Below are positions 1 to 9,700 of a stretch of DNA of 35,392 nt, piece after piece (positions within the stretch are counted from its first letter, which is position 1; the number at the start of each line of letters is the position of its first letter). Both the position numbers and the translations under genes were made by a program. This DNA is from a virus. Taxonomy: Duplodnaviria > Caudoviricetes. The stretch covers positions 1-35,392 of the IMG/VR virus record IMGVR_UViG_3300020045_001097; one strand, 5' to 3'. The notes under the pieces are model-generated. The model saw only the letters and a list, made by a program, of their open reading frames with translations, was not told where the DNA came from and did not search any database.

Positions 1-102
1 AGAGTAATTGTATTAGATCCTTCAATGTTTCTGCCATTTCCATGGAGAGTTACATTGTTTGTAGTCAAATTACCAGATACATCGCATACCCCAAGCCTTG
101 CC
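1..102. repeat. 102-bp perfect inverted copy of 708-809 (probable contig-end chimera)
   Basis: Position i pairs with 810-i for i=1..102 with no mismatch; identity stops abruptly at 103. Confidence 0.9.
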
Positions 103-390
103 TTTAATCCCCACACTCTGTTCAATCACCGCGATAGCTTTTGCGCGATCAATCACAATATCAAGCAATTCGTCAGCTTCGGTTTTAACTTTTGGCGTGG
201 GTTTAGGACGCAAAAACAAAAGTGTCGCAACTATTCCTAGCGATGAACATAATACCGCTAGAGTGAATGTATAAGCGTACTGCACCATGTTTTTATTATC
301 CTTATGTGGGTTATGCCACATCCTGCTGTGGTGATTGGGATGTGCGGCGGTAGCTTTCTGTCGTAATACAAATAACGTTAAGGAGAAACA

Positions 391-1170
391 ATGACTACGG
401 TTACTCAAATTATAACAGACGCCTACAGGCAGAGTAACCTGCTGGCTATTAATAGTTCTCCAACTGATCCTCAGCTCGCTGAAGGTCTTAGGTACTACAA
501 TCGAATTGTTAACTCCGTGTTAGGGAATGAGGCTGGGGAAAATCTCCAACCCTTCCCTATCGGACGTAATAACATTTCTCGTCCATCTGGGTATCCTTGG
601 GCTGGCACTACCCCTAGTTTCGATTGGTTTGTTCCTCTTAACACTCGACTGATGTTTAACTTAACTGAGAGTGCAGACATATACCTTTCACCGGTTCCTG
701 AAGATGGGGCAAGGCTTGGGGTATGCGATGTATCTGGTAATTTGACTACAAACAATGTAACTCTCCATGGAAATGGCAGAAACATTGAAGGATCTAATAC
801 AATTACTCTTTCTACAGACGGGCTAGAACGAGAGTGGTTTTTCCGAGAAGACCTTGGGGATTGGGTACGAGCTGTTCCTCTTACGTACACAGATGAGTCA
901 CCTTTCCCAACAGAATTTGATGATATGTTTATCAGTATGTTGGCAATGCGGCTCAATCCTTCGTACGGGGTACAAATGGATGCACAGACTGCTGAAATCT
1001 TTCGTAGAGCTAGGTCACAGTTTAGAGCTCGTTATCACAACACTATTGAAGTTCATTCAGAGGATGGGTTGATTCGTCTTCCTCGTACGTCAACAGATCG
1101 TTATCTATGGGGTACTCGCTACGGCATGTATGACCCACAGGGAGCGTTTAACAGAGGATATCCTTGGTGA
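391..1170 (+). CDS. P22 gp4-like head-tail adaptor / DNA stabilisation protein with an inserted beta domain
   Basis: RBS AAGGAG before ATG. N-terminus TVTQIITDAYRQSNLL...PTDPQLAEGLRYYN and C-terminal LAMRLNPSYG resemble the gp4 family; it lies upstream of a gp10-like gene. Confidence 0.7.
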   Translation: MTTVTQIITDAYRQSNLLAINSSPTDPQLAEGLRYYNRIVNSVLGNEAGENLQPFPIGRNNISRPSGYPWAGTTPSFDWFVPLNTRLMFNLTESADIYLSPVPEDGARLGVCDVSGNLTTNNVTLHGNGRNIEGSNTITLSTDGLEREWFFREDLGDWVRAVPLTYTDESPFPTEFDDMFISMLAMRLNPSYGVQMDAQTAEIFRRARSQFRARYHNTIEVHSEDGLIRLPRTSTDRYLWGTRYGMYDPQGAFNRGYPW

Positions 1171-2441
1171 CTAGCACACGAATTTTATACGACTCGCTAA
1201 CGTTTGAAGACACTTTAGATAAGTACTTAGGAATTAACGCTGGAGCAGGTTCTGTAGGATTTTCTCCCACTGTTACTTACTCGGTTAACACAGTAGGTTA
1301 CAATCTAAATCGTTTCTTTAACTTTACTAATTCGTCTTTTTCTTTGACAAGCCTTGGGTCTACTGTACCAGCTAATGGTGTTTATATGGGCGCGGGCGGT
1401 AACTCGCTGTCGTTCTTCACACTGGTTTCCAGCCCCTCCGACGGTGCAGAGTTTGACAACCAGCGCGGCACGTTGCTTGTTCGCGCGGTCACGTCTGACG
1501 ATGGCAACAGCGAAGAACAATCGCTTTGCGTCCTGACGACGATTGAGACGGGGTATACAACAGCTTGGGCAGCCAGCACAGTTTATTCAACGCTCGGCAC
1601 GAACGTGAACAACGGCGGCAACACGTACCGGCTTATTCAGGCTGGCACATCTGCGTCTTCTGGCGGACCGACTGGCAAGACCACGAACATTCTTGATGGC
1701 ACATGCCGCTGGATGTGGATCAACGATAGCGCGATCAATGCCAAGTGCGGCGGTTATATCGAGACGCTGGTTAAGCCCGGTGCTGGGTCAAGCTGGGGCA
1801 TTGCGGTCAACACCGAGATTAATGCCGGCGTTTTGGCAAGCTTCATCGTCAGCCAAGAAACGGACCTGACCAATAACTGCGGCGTTGATAGCACCATCGG
1901 CGGGTTGAACAAATACAACACGTATTTGCAGAACAACGGCGGGAATGTCAGTTCAAGTGTTCTCGACATTGGCAGCAGCAATAGCACGAACTTCTCGTCC
2001 ATCTGGGGCCTGCACCTGACCGGCGCAAAGTTGGCGTCCAACTCGGTTATCGGTATTGACGCCAGTTCAGCCAACGGTATTGGCATTGGCACAGGTTTTG
2101 GTGGTGCGGTCAATCCGACATTCACCACGGCGGCGATTGGCGATAGCTCTACCGCGCCTAAAGGTGTTTCAATCACGGGGGAGAAGTCGGTTGCAGGTAT
2201 TGAGGTAACGGCAACCACGCCTGCATCGTTTGTATCGGGTGGTACCAAGACACTTGCGGGCTTCTTTGACGTGTCCACTGCACCACGCGGGCTGTTGCTT
2301 GAAGGCACGTATTCCAAGTCGCCTATCCGCATGACTAGCCTGCCGCCTTCCTACGCTGATGACGCGGCTGCGGCTTCTGGGGGCCTGCTGATTGGCGACG
2401 TTTATCGAACTGGTTCAACTTTAAAAATACGTGTAGCGTAA
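1167..2441 (+). CDS. Tail fibre / spike (receptor-binding) protein
   Basis: G/S/T/A-rich beta-type sequence, a WAASTVY...GGNTY...GPT...DGTCRW module, and a C-terminal YADDAAAASGGLLIGDVYRTG motif typical of fibres. GTG start overlaps the upstream TGA (ORF track start 1164 TTG). Confidence 0.65.
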   Translation: MTSTRILYDSLTFEDTLDKYLGINAGAGSVGFSPTVTYSVNTVGYNLNRFFNFTNSSFSLTSLGSTVPANGVYMGAGGNSLSFFTLVSSPSDGAEFDNQRGTLLVRAVTSDDGNSEEQSLCVLTTIETGYTTAWAASTVYSTLGTNVNNGGNTYRLIQAGTSASSGGPTGKTTNILDGTCRWMWINDSAINAKCGGYIETLVKPGAGSSWGIAVNTEINAGVLASFIVSQETDLTNNCGVDSTIGGLNKYNTYLQNNGGNVSSSVLDIGSSNSTNFSSIWGLHLTGAKLASNSVIGIDASSANGIGIGTGFGGAVNPTFTTAAIGDSSTAPKGVSITGEKSVAGIEVTATTPASFVSGGTKTLAGFFDVSTAPRGLLLEGTYSKSPIRMTSLPPSYADDAAAASGGLLIGDVYRTGSTLKIRVA

Positions 2442-2469
2442 TTGGTACACTTTAATAAAGGATAAATAA

Positions 2470-4527
2470 ATGGCAACTTTACCTCTGGTGAAATCTGATT
2501 GGAGACGAGATACAGCAGAAGAGCCAGTAGGTAAAGTCCTTAATAGGTTCTTTGAAGAAAACCCTATGAATCTTTCAGAGGGTACTGCTATGATTGTGCG
2601 CCCCGGTTTGCGTAGGTGGGTCTATTTAGACGGTTCGTCTATCTTGGGTCTTTATTCACAAGACGGCGCTTTTGATAATCATTTGTTTGCCATTCAAAGT
2701 AACAAAGTTCGTAGGATTCGACCTGATGGGACTTTTACAGGAAACTTAACTACTGCTTTTACAGATCGAATTACTTCTAATAATAGAGGTTGTTTCTCAA
2801 ATGCAATTGGCGCGATTCCTTCTTATTTCTTTTTCGTACGGGAAGGAATCCTTGATTGCTACTGTAATTCACCGGTAGCCACCGCTTCTTTAGTATTTAC
2901 TGGTACTCCTGAGAACAATTCTATTGTTACTATAGGTGGTATTTACTATAAGTTTACTAATGCGACTGTTGATACAGGAACACCTGACGGTTCTTCAAGC
3001 AGTCCCTACTTAGTAGCAATTGGAACGTTTCTTTCAGACTCTATATCTAATCTAAGTAAAGCTGTGAATGGAACAGGCACCCCCGGGACAGACTACTCTA
3101 CAGCAACTGTAAAGAATACACTAGCTAACGCTAACATTCTTACAGCAGACACTATCCAGTTTTACGCTACGGTAGGTGGTGTAGTAGGTAACTCTACCGC
3201 AGTTACGGTATCTGCCACGACAGTTATGACTTGGAGTAGTTCAACACTAGTGGGTGGTTCAAATACAGGTGAAGAAACTAAAGCGTATCCTGTACCATTG
3301 CCAGCAGATGAAAGTGATCTTTTCCTTAGAGAGATTGAAGTAAACCAAGTAGTAAGTATTGGTTCTTATGTCCTAGTAACAGTGAACTCCAGATACAATG
3401 GAACTTCAGGGAGATTCTACTGGATTAATCCCGGAGAGACTTGGATTGATCCCCTCTCGTACGCAACTGCTGAAAGTAACCCTGACAGTATTGTTTCCAT
3501 ACGAGTAGTTGGAGATAAAGTCTGGTTCCTTGGAAGAGACTCGATTGAGGTCTGGACTATTACTGGAGACCCCTTCTTACCATTCAATAAGATTGCTGGG
3601 TTAACGATTAACTTTGGGTCGCTTGAAGGCACAGACGTTACACTTAATAACACTCTTATCTTTGCTGAACCAACTGGAGTTGTGTACGCTGTAAACAATG
3701 GTCTTCAACGAATTTCTACTAATTCAATTGAAGAACGTATTAGAGTGTTTCAACAAGGGTTGAACTTCTATAATGAAACAGACATAGCTAATCAGTTTAG
3801 AGCGTGGACTCTTCAAGCCGATGGTCACATGTTCTACGTACTAAGTCTTGGAAGGCAAGAAACGCTTGTGTATGACATGTCTACTCAACAGTGGGCATCT
3901 TGGGCAAACTTTAATTCAGCATTCTTCAGACAGCACTCAGGTGTTAAAGTGTTTGATACAGTTGAAGTAGACTACCCAGATTTAACTCTTAATGTTAGCA
4001 ATCAAACTATTGTAGGTGATATTGATTCTGGAAGACTTTGGGTTGTTTCCCCTAACTATAGGTTTGACGATCAATACAACGATGAAGAGAAAACTTTTGT
4101 TATTCAAACCCAAATAACTTGCGGGGTTCCTGCAAGAATGAGAGATACTGTTAAATGTAACGAAATCTTTCTCACTGGTTCGATTGGGGCACCTTCCGCA
4201 GATATGGAAGTTTTCTTCCTTAAAGATGGTGACACAGGAGCGCAACTTACAGACGGGGAAGGTGGTCCATTCTTGTACGAAGTAGACGATCAGTTTACTC
4301 CACAGGGATTGCTTATTCAAGGTGAGCCTACCGCAGTTGTAGGTCTTGAAGTAAGTGATGATAACGGTCGTACGTGGGGTAATATGGGTTTTGTTCAGCT
4401 TGTGTCTGGTCAGTGGAACACTGAGGTTGTGTGGCGTAGTCTAGGCGTTATTCAAGCTCCCGGCAGGGTGTTTAGGTTTACAGACTACGGTTCAATGACT
4501 CGTATTGATGGAGTTGATATGCGATGA
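2470..4527 (+). CDS. P22 gp10-like tail hub / packaged DNA stabilisation protein
   Basis: Motifs YATAESNPDSIV...VWFLGRDSIEVW, ISTNSIEERI, QADGHMFYVL, TLVYDMSTQQW and LEVSDDNGRTW...VVWRSLG match gp10-like hubs; RBS AAGGA. Confidence 0.85.
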   Translation: MATLPLVKSDWRRDTAEEPVGKVLNRFFEENPMNLSEGTAMIVRPGLRRWVYLDGSSILGLYSQDGAFDNHLFAIQSNKVRRIRPDGTFTGNLTTAFTDRITSNNRGCFSNAIGAIPSYFFFVREGILDCYCNSPVATASLVFTGTPENNSIVTIGGIYYKFTNATVDTGTPDGSSSSPYLVAIGTFLSDSISNLSKAVNGTGTPGTDYSTATVKNTLANANILTADTIQFYATVGGVVGNSTAVTVSATTVMTWSSSTLVGGSNTGEETKAYPVPLPADESDLFLREIEVNQVVSIGSYVLVTVNSRYNGTSGRFYWINPGETWIDPLSYATAESNPDSIVSIRVVGDKVWFLGRDSIEVWTITGDPFLPFNKIAGLTINFGSLEGTDVTLNNTLIFAEPTGVVYAVNNGLQRISTNSIEERIRVFQQGLNFYNETDIANQFRAWTLQADGHMFYVLSLGRQETLVYDMSTQQWASWANFNSAFFRQHSGVKVFDTVEVDYPDLTLNVSNQTIVGDIDSGRLWVVSPNYRFDDQYNDEEKTFVIQTQITCGVPARMRDTVKCNEIFLTGSIGAPSADMEVFFLKDGDTGAQLTDGEGGPFLYEVDDQFTPQGLLIQGEPTAVVGLEVSDDNGRTWGNMGFVQLVSGQWNTEVVWRSLGVIQAPGRVFRFTDYGSMTRIDGVDMR

Positions 4528-4721
4528 AACCATTAAATAAGTTTTCTCAAAACATTCAATTAATCAATACAGACACAGGAACACCAACAGAGTTTTTCGT
4601 AATTCTATGGCAAGACTTGTTGACTAAAGTTGAAAGTATTGATTTGCCAGATAACCCTGCTGATGGCAGTACTCTTACGTTAACCTATGACGCAGCCCGA
4701 AGGAAGTGGATTGGAACTTGA
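4524..4721 (+). CDS. Small tail protein (tail needle/plug position)
   Basis: ATGA overlap with the gp10-like stop; N-terminal LINTDTGTPTEFFVILWQ resembles small proteins that follow gp10-like genes. Confidence 0.5.
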   Translation: MKPLNKFSQNIQLINTDTGTPTEFFVILWQDLLTKVESIDLPDNPADGSTLTLTYDAARRKWIGT

Positions 4722-5128
4722 TAGAAAGAACCTACGATCTGGATGTAATCCTGAAAGCTGTTTCTCAGTATCGAGAGAACATTGTCGGGTTCTATCCAGA
4801 GGATTGGATCAATGATACTCGCAATCTCGCTTTTGTTAATGAGTTCGGGGATATTGCTCTATTTGAGTGGAATTATGAAGGAGTGTACACAGGTCATTAT
4901 TTCTTCTTCAGTAGAGGTAAAGAAGCCTTGGCCCACGCTCGACAAATTCTTTCTCTAGTCTTCCCCTCGTACGAGGCGAAAGCAATTAGAGGTATTGTCA
5001 AATTAACTCACTTAGGAGCGAGATGGATGACTAAGAAGTTGGGATTTAAATCATACGGAATAGTCCATACGCCCAACGGCCCAGAGGAACTATTCGTTCT
5101 TACAAAAGATGAATGGGAGAATAAATAA
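4706..5128 (+). CDS. GNAT-fold virion assembly protein (P22 gp14/DUF2824-like)
   Basis: GVYTGHYFF..RGKEAL and A.WMTKKLGFKSYG are GNAT-like; sits between hub and ejection genes. Start uncertain (GTG 4706 or TTG 4718). Confidence 0.6.
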   Translation: MDWNLIERTYDLDVILKAVSQYRENIVGFYPEDWINDTRNLAFVNEFGDIALFEWNYEGVYTGHYFFFSRGKEALAHARQILSLVFPSYEAKAIRGIVKLTHLGARWMTKKLGFKSYGIVHTPNGPEELFVLTKDEWENK

Positions 5129-5796
5129 TGGGCGGTATTTTTGGTGGTAAATCAAAAAGCAAATCTGAATCTGGTAACCTAGCATATCCCGCTATAAGTC
5201 AAGCTACTCAAGGCAGCCTTGGAAATATCCAGAAGTCTAGCGACCTTATGAACGCGTTTCTTAATGGGGATACTTCTGGGTTTGAGACTTACCAAAAGAA
5301 CAGTGGCTTCTTTTCAAAACTTAGTGAGGCTCTTAAACGACAGTCAGCAGGTGGCGCAGCAGGTGGTTTCCTTAACAGCGGGGCCACTGGCCGTAACCTA
5401 GTGCGTGTCGGTAATGAACAAACTCAACAGTCTGCTAGTGATTATTGGCAGAAGCTTACAGGGCTTGGCTCTCAAGGTTCCGCAGCCGGAGCTCTTGCTA
5501 CTAGTGCTGGTCAATACAATAAGAGTAATTCTCAAGACGGTGGTAAAAGCGGTCTTGGCAATGCTTTGTCTCTTGGCGCTAATATGATTGCTTTGTCTGA
5601 CCCTAAGTTGAAAACTAACGTTGTTCGCATTGGTGAAACCCCTGAGGGTATTCCTACGTACGAGTATGAGTATCTTTGGAGCAAGGACAAACACATTGGT
5701 GTTATGGCTGATGAAGTTGCTGAGATTAAACCAGAAGCCCTTGGTCCTACAGTAGCGGGCTATATGTCTGTTGACTACAGTAAACTGGAGGTCTAA
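5128..5796 (+). CDS. DNA ejection protein (P22 gp7-like) with C-terminal peptidase S74-like chaperone domain
   Basis: MGGIFGG start and G/S/A/Q-rich body; C-terminal SDPKLKTNV..IG...YEYEY...IGVMADEV...PEA...VDYSKL is an S74 intramolecular-chaperone signature. Confidence 0.75.
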   Translation: MGGIFGGKSKSKSESGNLAYPAISQATQGSLGNIQKSSDLMNAFLNGDTSGFETYQKNSGFFSKLSEALKRQSAGGAAGGFLNSGATGRNLVRVGNEQTQQSASDYWQKLTGLGSQGSAAGALATSAGQYNKSNSQDGGKSGLGNALSLGANMIALSDPKLKTNVVRIGETPEGIPTYEYEYLWSKDKHIGVMADEVAEIKPEALGPTVAGYMSVDYSKLEV

Positions 5797-6695
5797 TGTC
5801 AAACATCTTTCAACTTCTAGGAATGCTAGGGCAGGGGGCTCCAACTAGTGGGACTTTTAACCCTTCCCCTTCTTACAACACTCCTCCAATACACAATCCT
5901 AATCAAGGGCAGTCAGAAGTAATTCCAGAGACTATTGGTACTCCTATTACTGTTGATCCTGCTCCTGAACACAAAGGTCTCTTTGGAGTCAAGGGGACTC
6001 TCCGAGACATGCTTGGTATGGCAGGAGACTTCCGCGCCAACATGCAAGGACGTACTGGTAGGTACGAACAGTTGAAGCAGAGAGAAGGCCTCTCAGACGC
6101 TATGCGAGGGTACAAAGACGACCCTATGACGGCTATCCGTAGGACGTTTGGAGTTGATCCTAAGCTTGGTCAAGACATGCTTGAGCAGTACCAAGAGCAA
6201 GAAGCTAAACAACGACTAGAAGCTCAGAAGCGTATGGACCTTGGAAGAGGTATTGTACAGAGTATGGCTGGTACTATTAAAGATGATGCAACGTACCAAA
6301 AGATGATGCCACTGCTTAAGCAGACTGCTAAAAGGTATGGAGTGCCAGATGATGAGTTGTCACCATTCTTCGGCGACAAATACGATAAAGACACACTTGC
6401 TGCTTATAGATACCAAGGTTTTCCTGTAGATAAACAAATGTCTGCTGAAGAAACTGCTAGGTATCATGATCTCCAAGATGAGAACGCTGATCAACGGACT
6501 GGATTGCAAGCTAGTAGAGTTGCTGCTCAGAATTCTCAAGGTGCCGCTCGTACTTCAGCGTACGTAAAGAATACAGAGAATCAAATTGAACGCCGTAACA
6601 ATCCTGTAGCTAAACCTAAAGCAGGTGGTGGAACTCCTCGTCCAGCAGGAGTAAAACCTCCTCCCGGCTTTAAGCTAGGCAAGAAACTCAACTAA
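5796..6695 (+). CDS. DNA ejection / internal virion protein (gp20 position)
   Basis: TAATG coupling, helical Q/E/K-rich sequence, located between the gp7-like gene and the large internal protein. Confidence 0.55.
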   Translation: MSNIFQLLGMLGQGAPTSGTFNPSPSYNTPPIHNPNQGQSEVIPETIGTPITVDPAPEHKGLFGVKGTLRDMLGMAGDFRANMQGRTGRYEQLKQREGLSDAMRGYKDDPMTAIRRTFGVDPKLGQDMLEQYQEQEAKQRLEAQKRMDLGRGIVQSMAGTIKDDATYQKMMPLLKQTAKRYGVPDDELSPFFGDKYDKDTLAAYRYQGFPVDKQMSAEETARYHDLQDENADQRTGLQASRVAAQNSQGAARTSAYVKNTENQIERRNNPVAKPKAGGGTPRPAGVKPPPGFKLGKKLN

Positions 6696-6705
6696 AGGAC
6701 CTTTC

Positions 6706-9700
6706 ATGGCAAATCCCCAGACTTGGACAGACCCTGCTACTGGCAGCACGTATGAGCTTATCCCTGATACCGCACCAGCACCAAAGACTTGGACTGACCC
6801 CAGCTCTGGGGATACTTATGAGTTGATTCCGGACACTGCTCCTGCGGCTCCTAAGAAGACTGCTAAAGACCTACCCCTCTCAGAGGGATTAGCTGCTGGA
6901 TACCGTGTAGCTAAAGATGAAATCCCTTATGTTCAGTCTCGTCGTAAGTTTGATACGTACGTAGACCTTGCTAACAAGATGGGTAAGAATGTAGTTAAAG
7001 ACTACTTTTCTATGAAGGCGCTTGTTCCCGGTCGTGAGATGTTGGGGATTGACAGCTATGATTATGATAGCCTGTTTAATGACGCTAAGAAGGCGGGTCT
7101 CGTACAAGGAGATCGTGAATCGTTTGAGAAGTCTTTCCTAGAGCGTGGTGCTGACCGCGGCATTGACCAGAATACGATGAGCGAGAACCCTATTAGTGGT
7201 TTCTTCGGTGGTATTGGTTCACTTGTCAATGACCCTCTTAATGTGGGCGCAGGGATCGCTACAGGCGGTGCCTCAGCAGGAAGATCAGTTCTTGGTACGA
7301 TGGGTATCGAGGGTGGTGTTAATGCTCTCACAGAAGCTCTCCAGCTTCCCTTTACAGACGATGCCCTAGAGAACCTTGGTCAAGATATGGACCTTGGGGA
7401 CATGGCTACTCGTGTCGCTATGGCTGGTGGCTTTGGTGCTGCTCTTGGAGGTGCTGGTCGCCTGCTTAAAGGCGAAACTCCTGCTGCTCCTCGTACGGAC
7501 TGGACTGATGAGATCAAGTCAGAAGTTCAAACTCTTGTAGACCAAGGAGCTTCTGTAGCACAGATCAGAGAAGCATACCCGCAAATTACAAGTCCTGGAC
7601 AGATTCAGGCTCTTGAGTGGTACGTTGCTAATCGTGAACAAGGTGGTGCTGAACCTATTAAGTTCACTGAGGAAACTCCTGAACCTGCTGCTCCTAAAAT
7701 TGATGAAGCAGTTGACGAAGAGGCTCTTCCTTTTGAAGCCCCTGACTTTCTTCGCGCAACTCCTCGCAAGAACAGTAAGGTTGTAATACCTGAACCTGTA
7801 GCTAAACCTGACGTGTCGGTAGACCAAGCAGTCACTCATATCAACGATATGACTAAAGACTGGAAGGGAGCTCCTGAGTTTTCTGTAGCAGGCAAGCTTG
7901 ATGACCTGCCTGATGATGTACGTCAGAGCGTCATTGAGGATGGTGCTGAAGACGCTAAGGGCTTTGTACGGGATGGTAAGGTGTACATCCTTAGCCATAA
8001 CATTAAGAACCCTGAAGAGCTATCGGCTGTTACCTTCCACGAAGGTCTTGGTCACGTAGGACTTGATCGTATGTTCCGTGAACGGTTGGACACTGTACTC
8101 GAACAGATGTACAAGACTAATGAGATGGTTCGTCAGACGGCTGACGCTTGGCTTGCTAAGAATACAACACAAGCTCCTAACCCTCTGGCACACGCTGTGG
8201 AAGAAATCCTCGCTCAGACTTCTGAGGGGGGCAATATTCCTGCGTCTGTAATCCAGAAGGTCAAAGCTTTCCTTAAGCAGTATGCTCGTCGTGTTCCCGG
8301 ATTGAAGAATCTGAAGTACACAGATAAAGAAGTCATAACTATCCTGTCTATGGCTCACCAGAAAGTAATTGATGGAGCTAGTTCACAGGGTCGTGCTGGC
8401 AACCGTTACATGCGTCTGTTTGATAAACCTAAGTCAGCTAACGACAATGTAGATCAGGCTCGTGTATCAGAGATCATTGATCGTGAAGCTGAGTTCTTTG
8501 GTATTAAAAATATCAATAAGGCTCTTCAAGAACGAGACTTTCGTGCTGACGTACGAGCTGCTCTTGAAAAGGAAGGTCTTGATCAGGACGCTATCAACCT
8601 CGATCCAAGAGTTATTAACAAGTACTCTAAACCAGATGGCGAAGAGCCTCGTACAAGAGGTCTCAACGTTAAGAAGATTCAGGGCAAGAACGATACATTT
8701 AACAGTAAGTTCATTCGTGAGCTTGAGAAGGACTTGCCTGAAAAGAATCGTCAGACTTGGGAAGAGACTGAAGCACTTGCTTCTAAGCTTGGTATGAACG
8801 TTAAGAAGATGGAAACTCTTCGTAAAGGTCCTGCTGCTGAAGAGATTGAAGCGGGTCGTATGTTTACTCTTGGTAAGCTTAACCTTATCTCTGACCTGCA
8901 AGAGAAGATCAACAACGGGACTGCAACTGTAAAAGAAAAAGATCAGTTCCTTATTCATCTTCGTCAGTTTGTAGACATGATGGAAATCATGGATGAAGTA
9001 GGGACAACTGCTGGTCGTAACCTTAACATTCTTCGTAAGATGGTTGTTAATAATAAGGCTGCGGTAAACAATGTTCGCTATGCTCTTAACCAAGCAGGTG
9101 ACAACATGCTTGATCCTACTCGTAGTAAGCTATTGCTAGACGCTCTTGACGATCTTAAGAAGAATCCTAAGGACTCGTCTTCAAGAGATAACTCTAAGGC
9201 TTACGATTTCTTCATTAATGTGATAAACATTCCTCGTACGATTATGTCATCGTTGGATTTGTCTGCTCCTCTACGTCAGGGTATCTTTCTTATCAATAGG
9301 AAAGAGTTCTGGAAAAGTTGGGGCCACATGTTGAAGAGCTTTGGCAGTGAGAAGGTGTACCAAGAAAGTCTCGCAGAGATTCGTGCTCGTCCATCGTTTG
9401 ATCTAATGGAGAAAGCTGGTCTTTATATCGCTGATGTTGACAATGAGTTGACTAAGCGTGAGGAAGCGTTCATGTCAGGGTTTGCTGCAAGGCTTCCCGG
9501 TGTACGCCAATCAGAGCGAGCTTACTTAGGCTTCCTTAATAAGGTTCGTGCAGATGTCTTTGACACGATACTTAAGCAGAGTCAAGAAGCGGGCGTTGAC
9601 CTTAAAGAAGGTGCAAAGGGCCTAAAAGACATTGGTAACTTCATCAACAACGCTACTGGTCGTGGTAGCATTAAACATATTGATGAATCAATGCCAATTC

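Noticed and set aside
1-809. DGR template/variable repeat or invertible segment
   Set aside because: The copies are 100% identical with no adenine-specific mismatches, one is cut by the window edge, and no reverse transcriptase or invertase is present; a chimera is simpler.
495-956. Long opposite-strand ORFs (also 1754-2332, 8467-9093, 24043-24534, 27275-27892 and similar)
   Set aside because: Shadow frames of well-supported genes, with no RBS or recognisable motifs.
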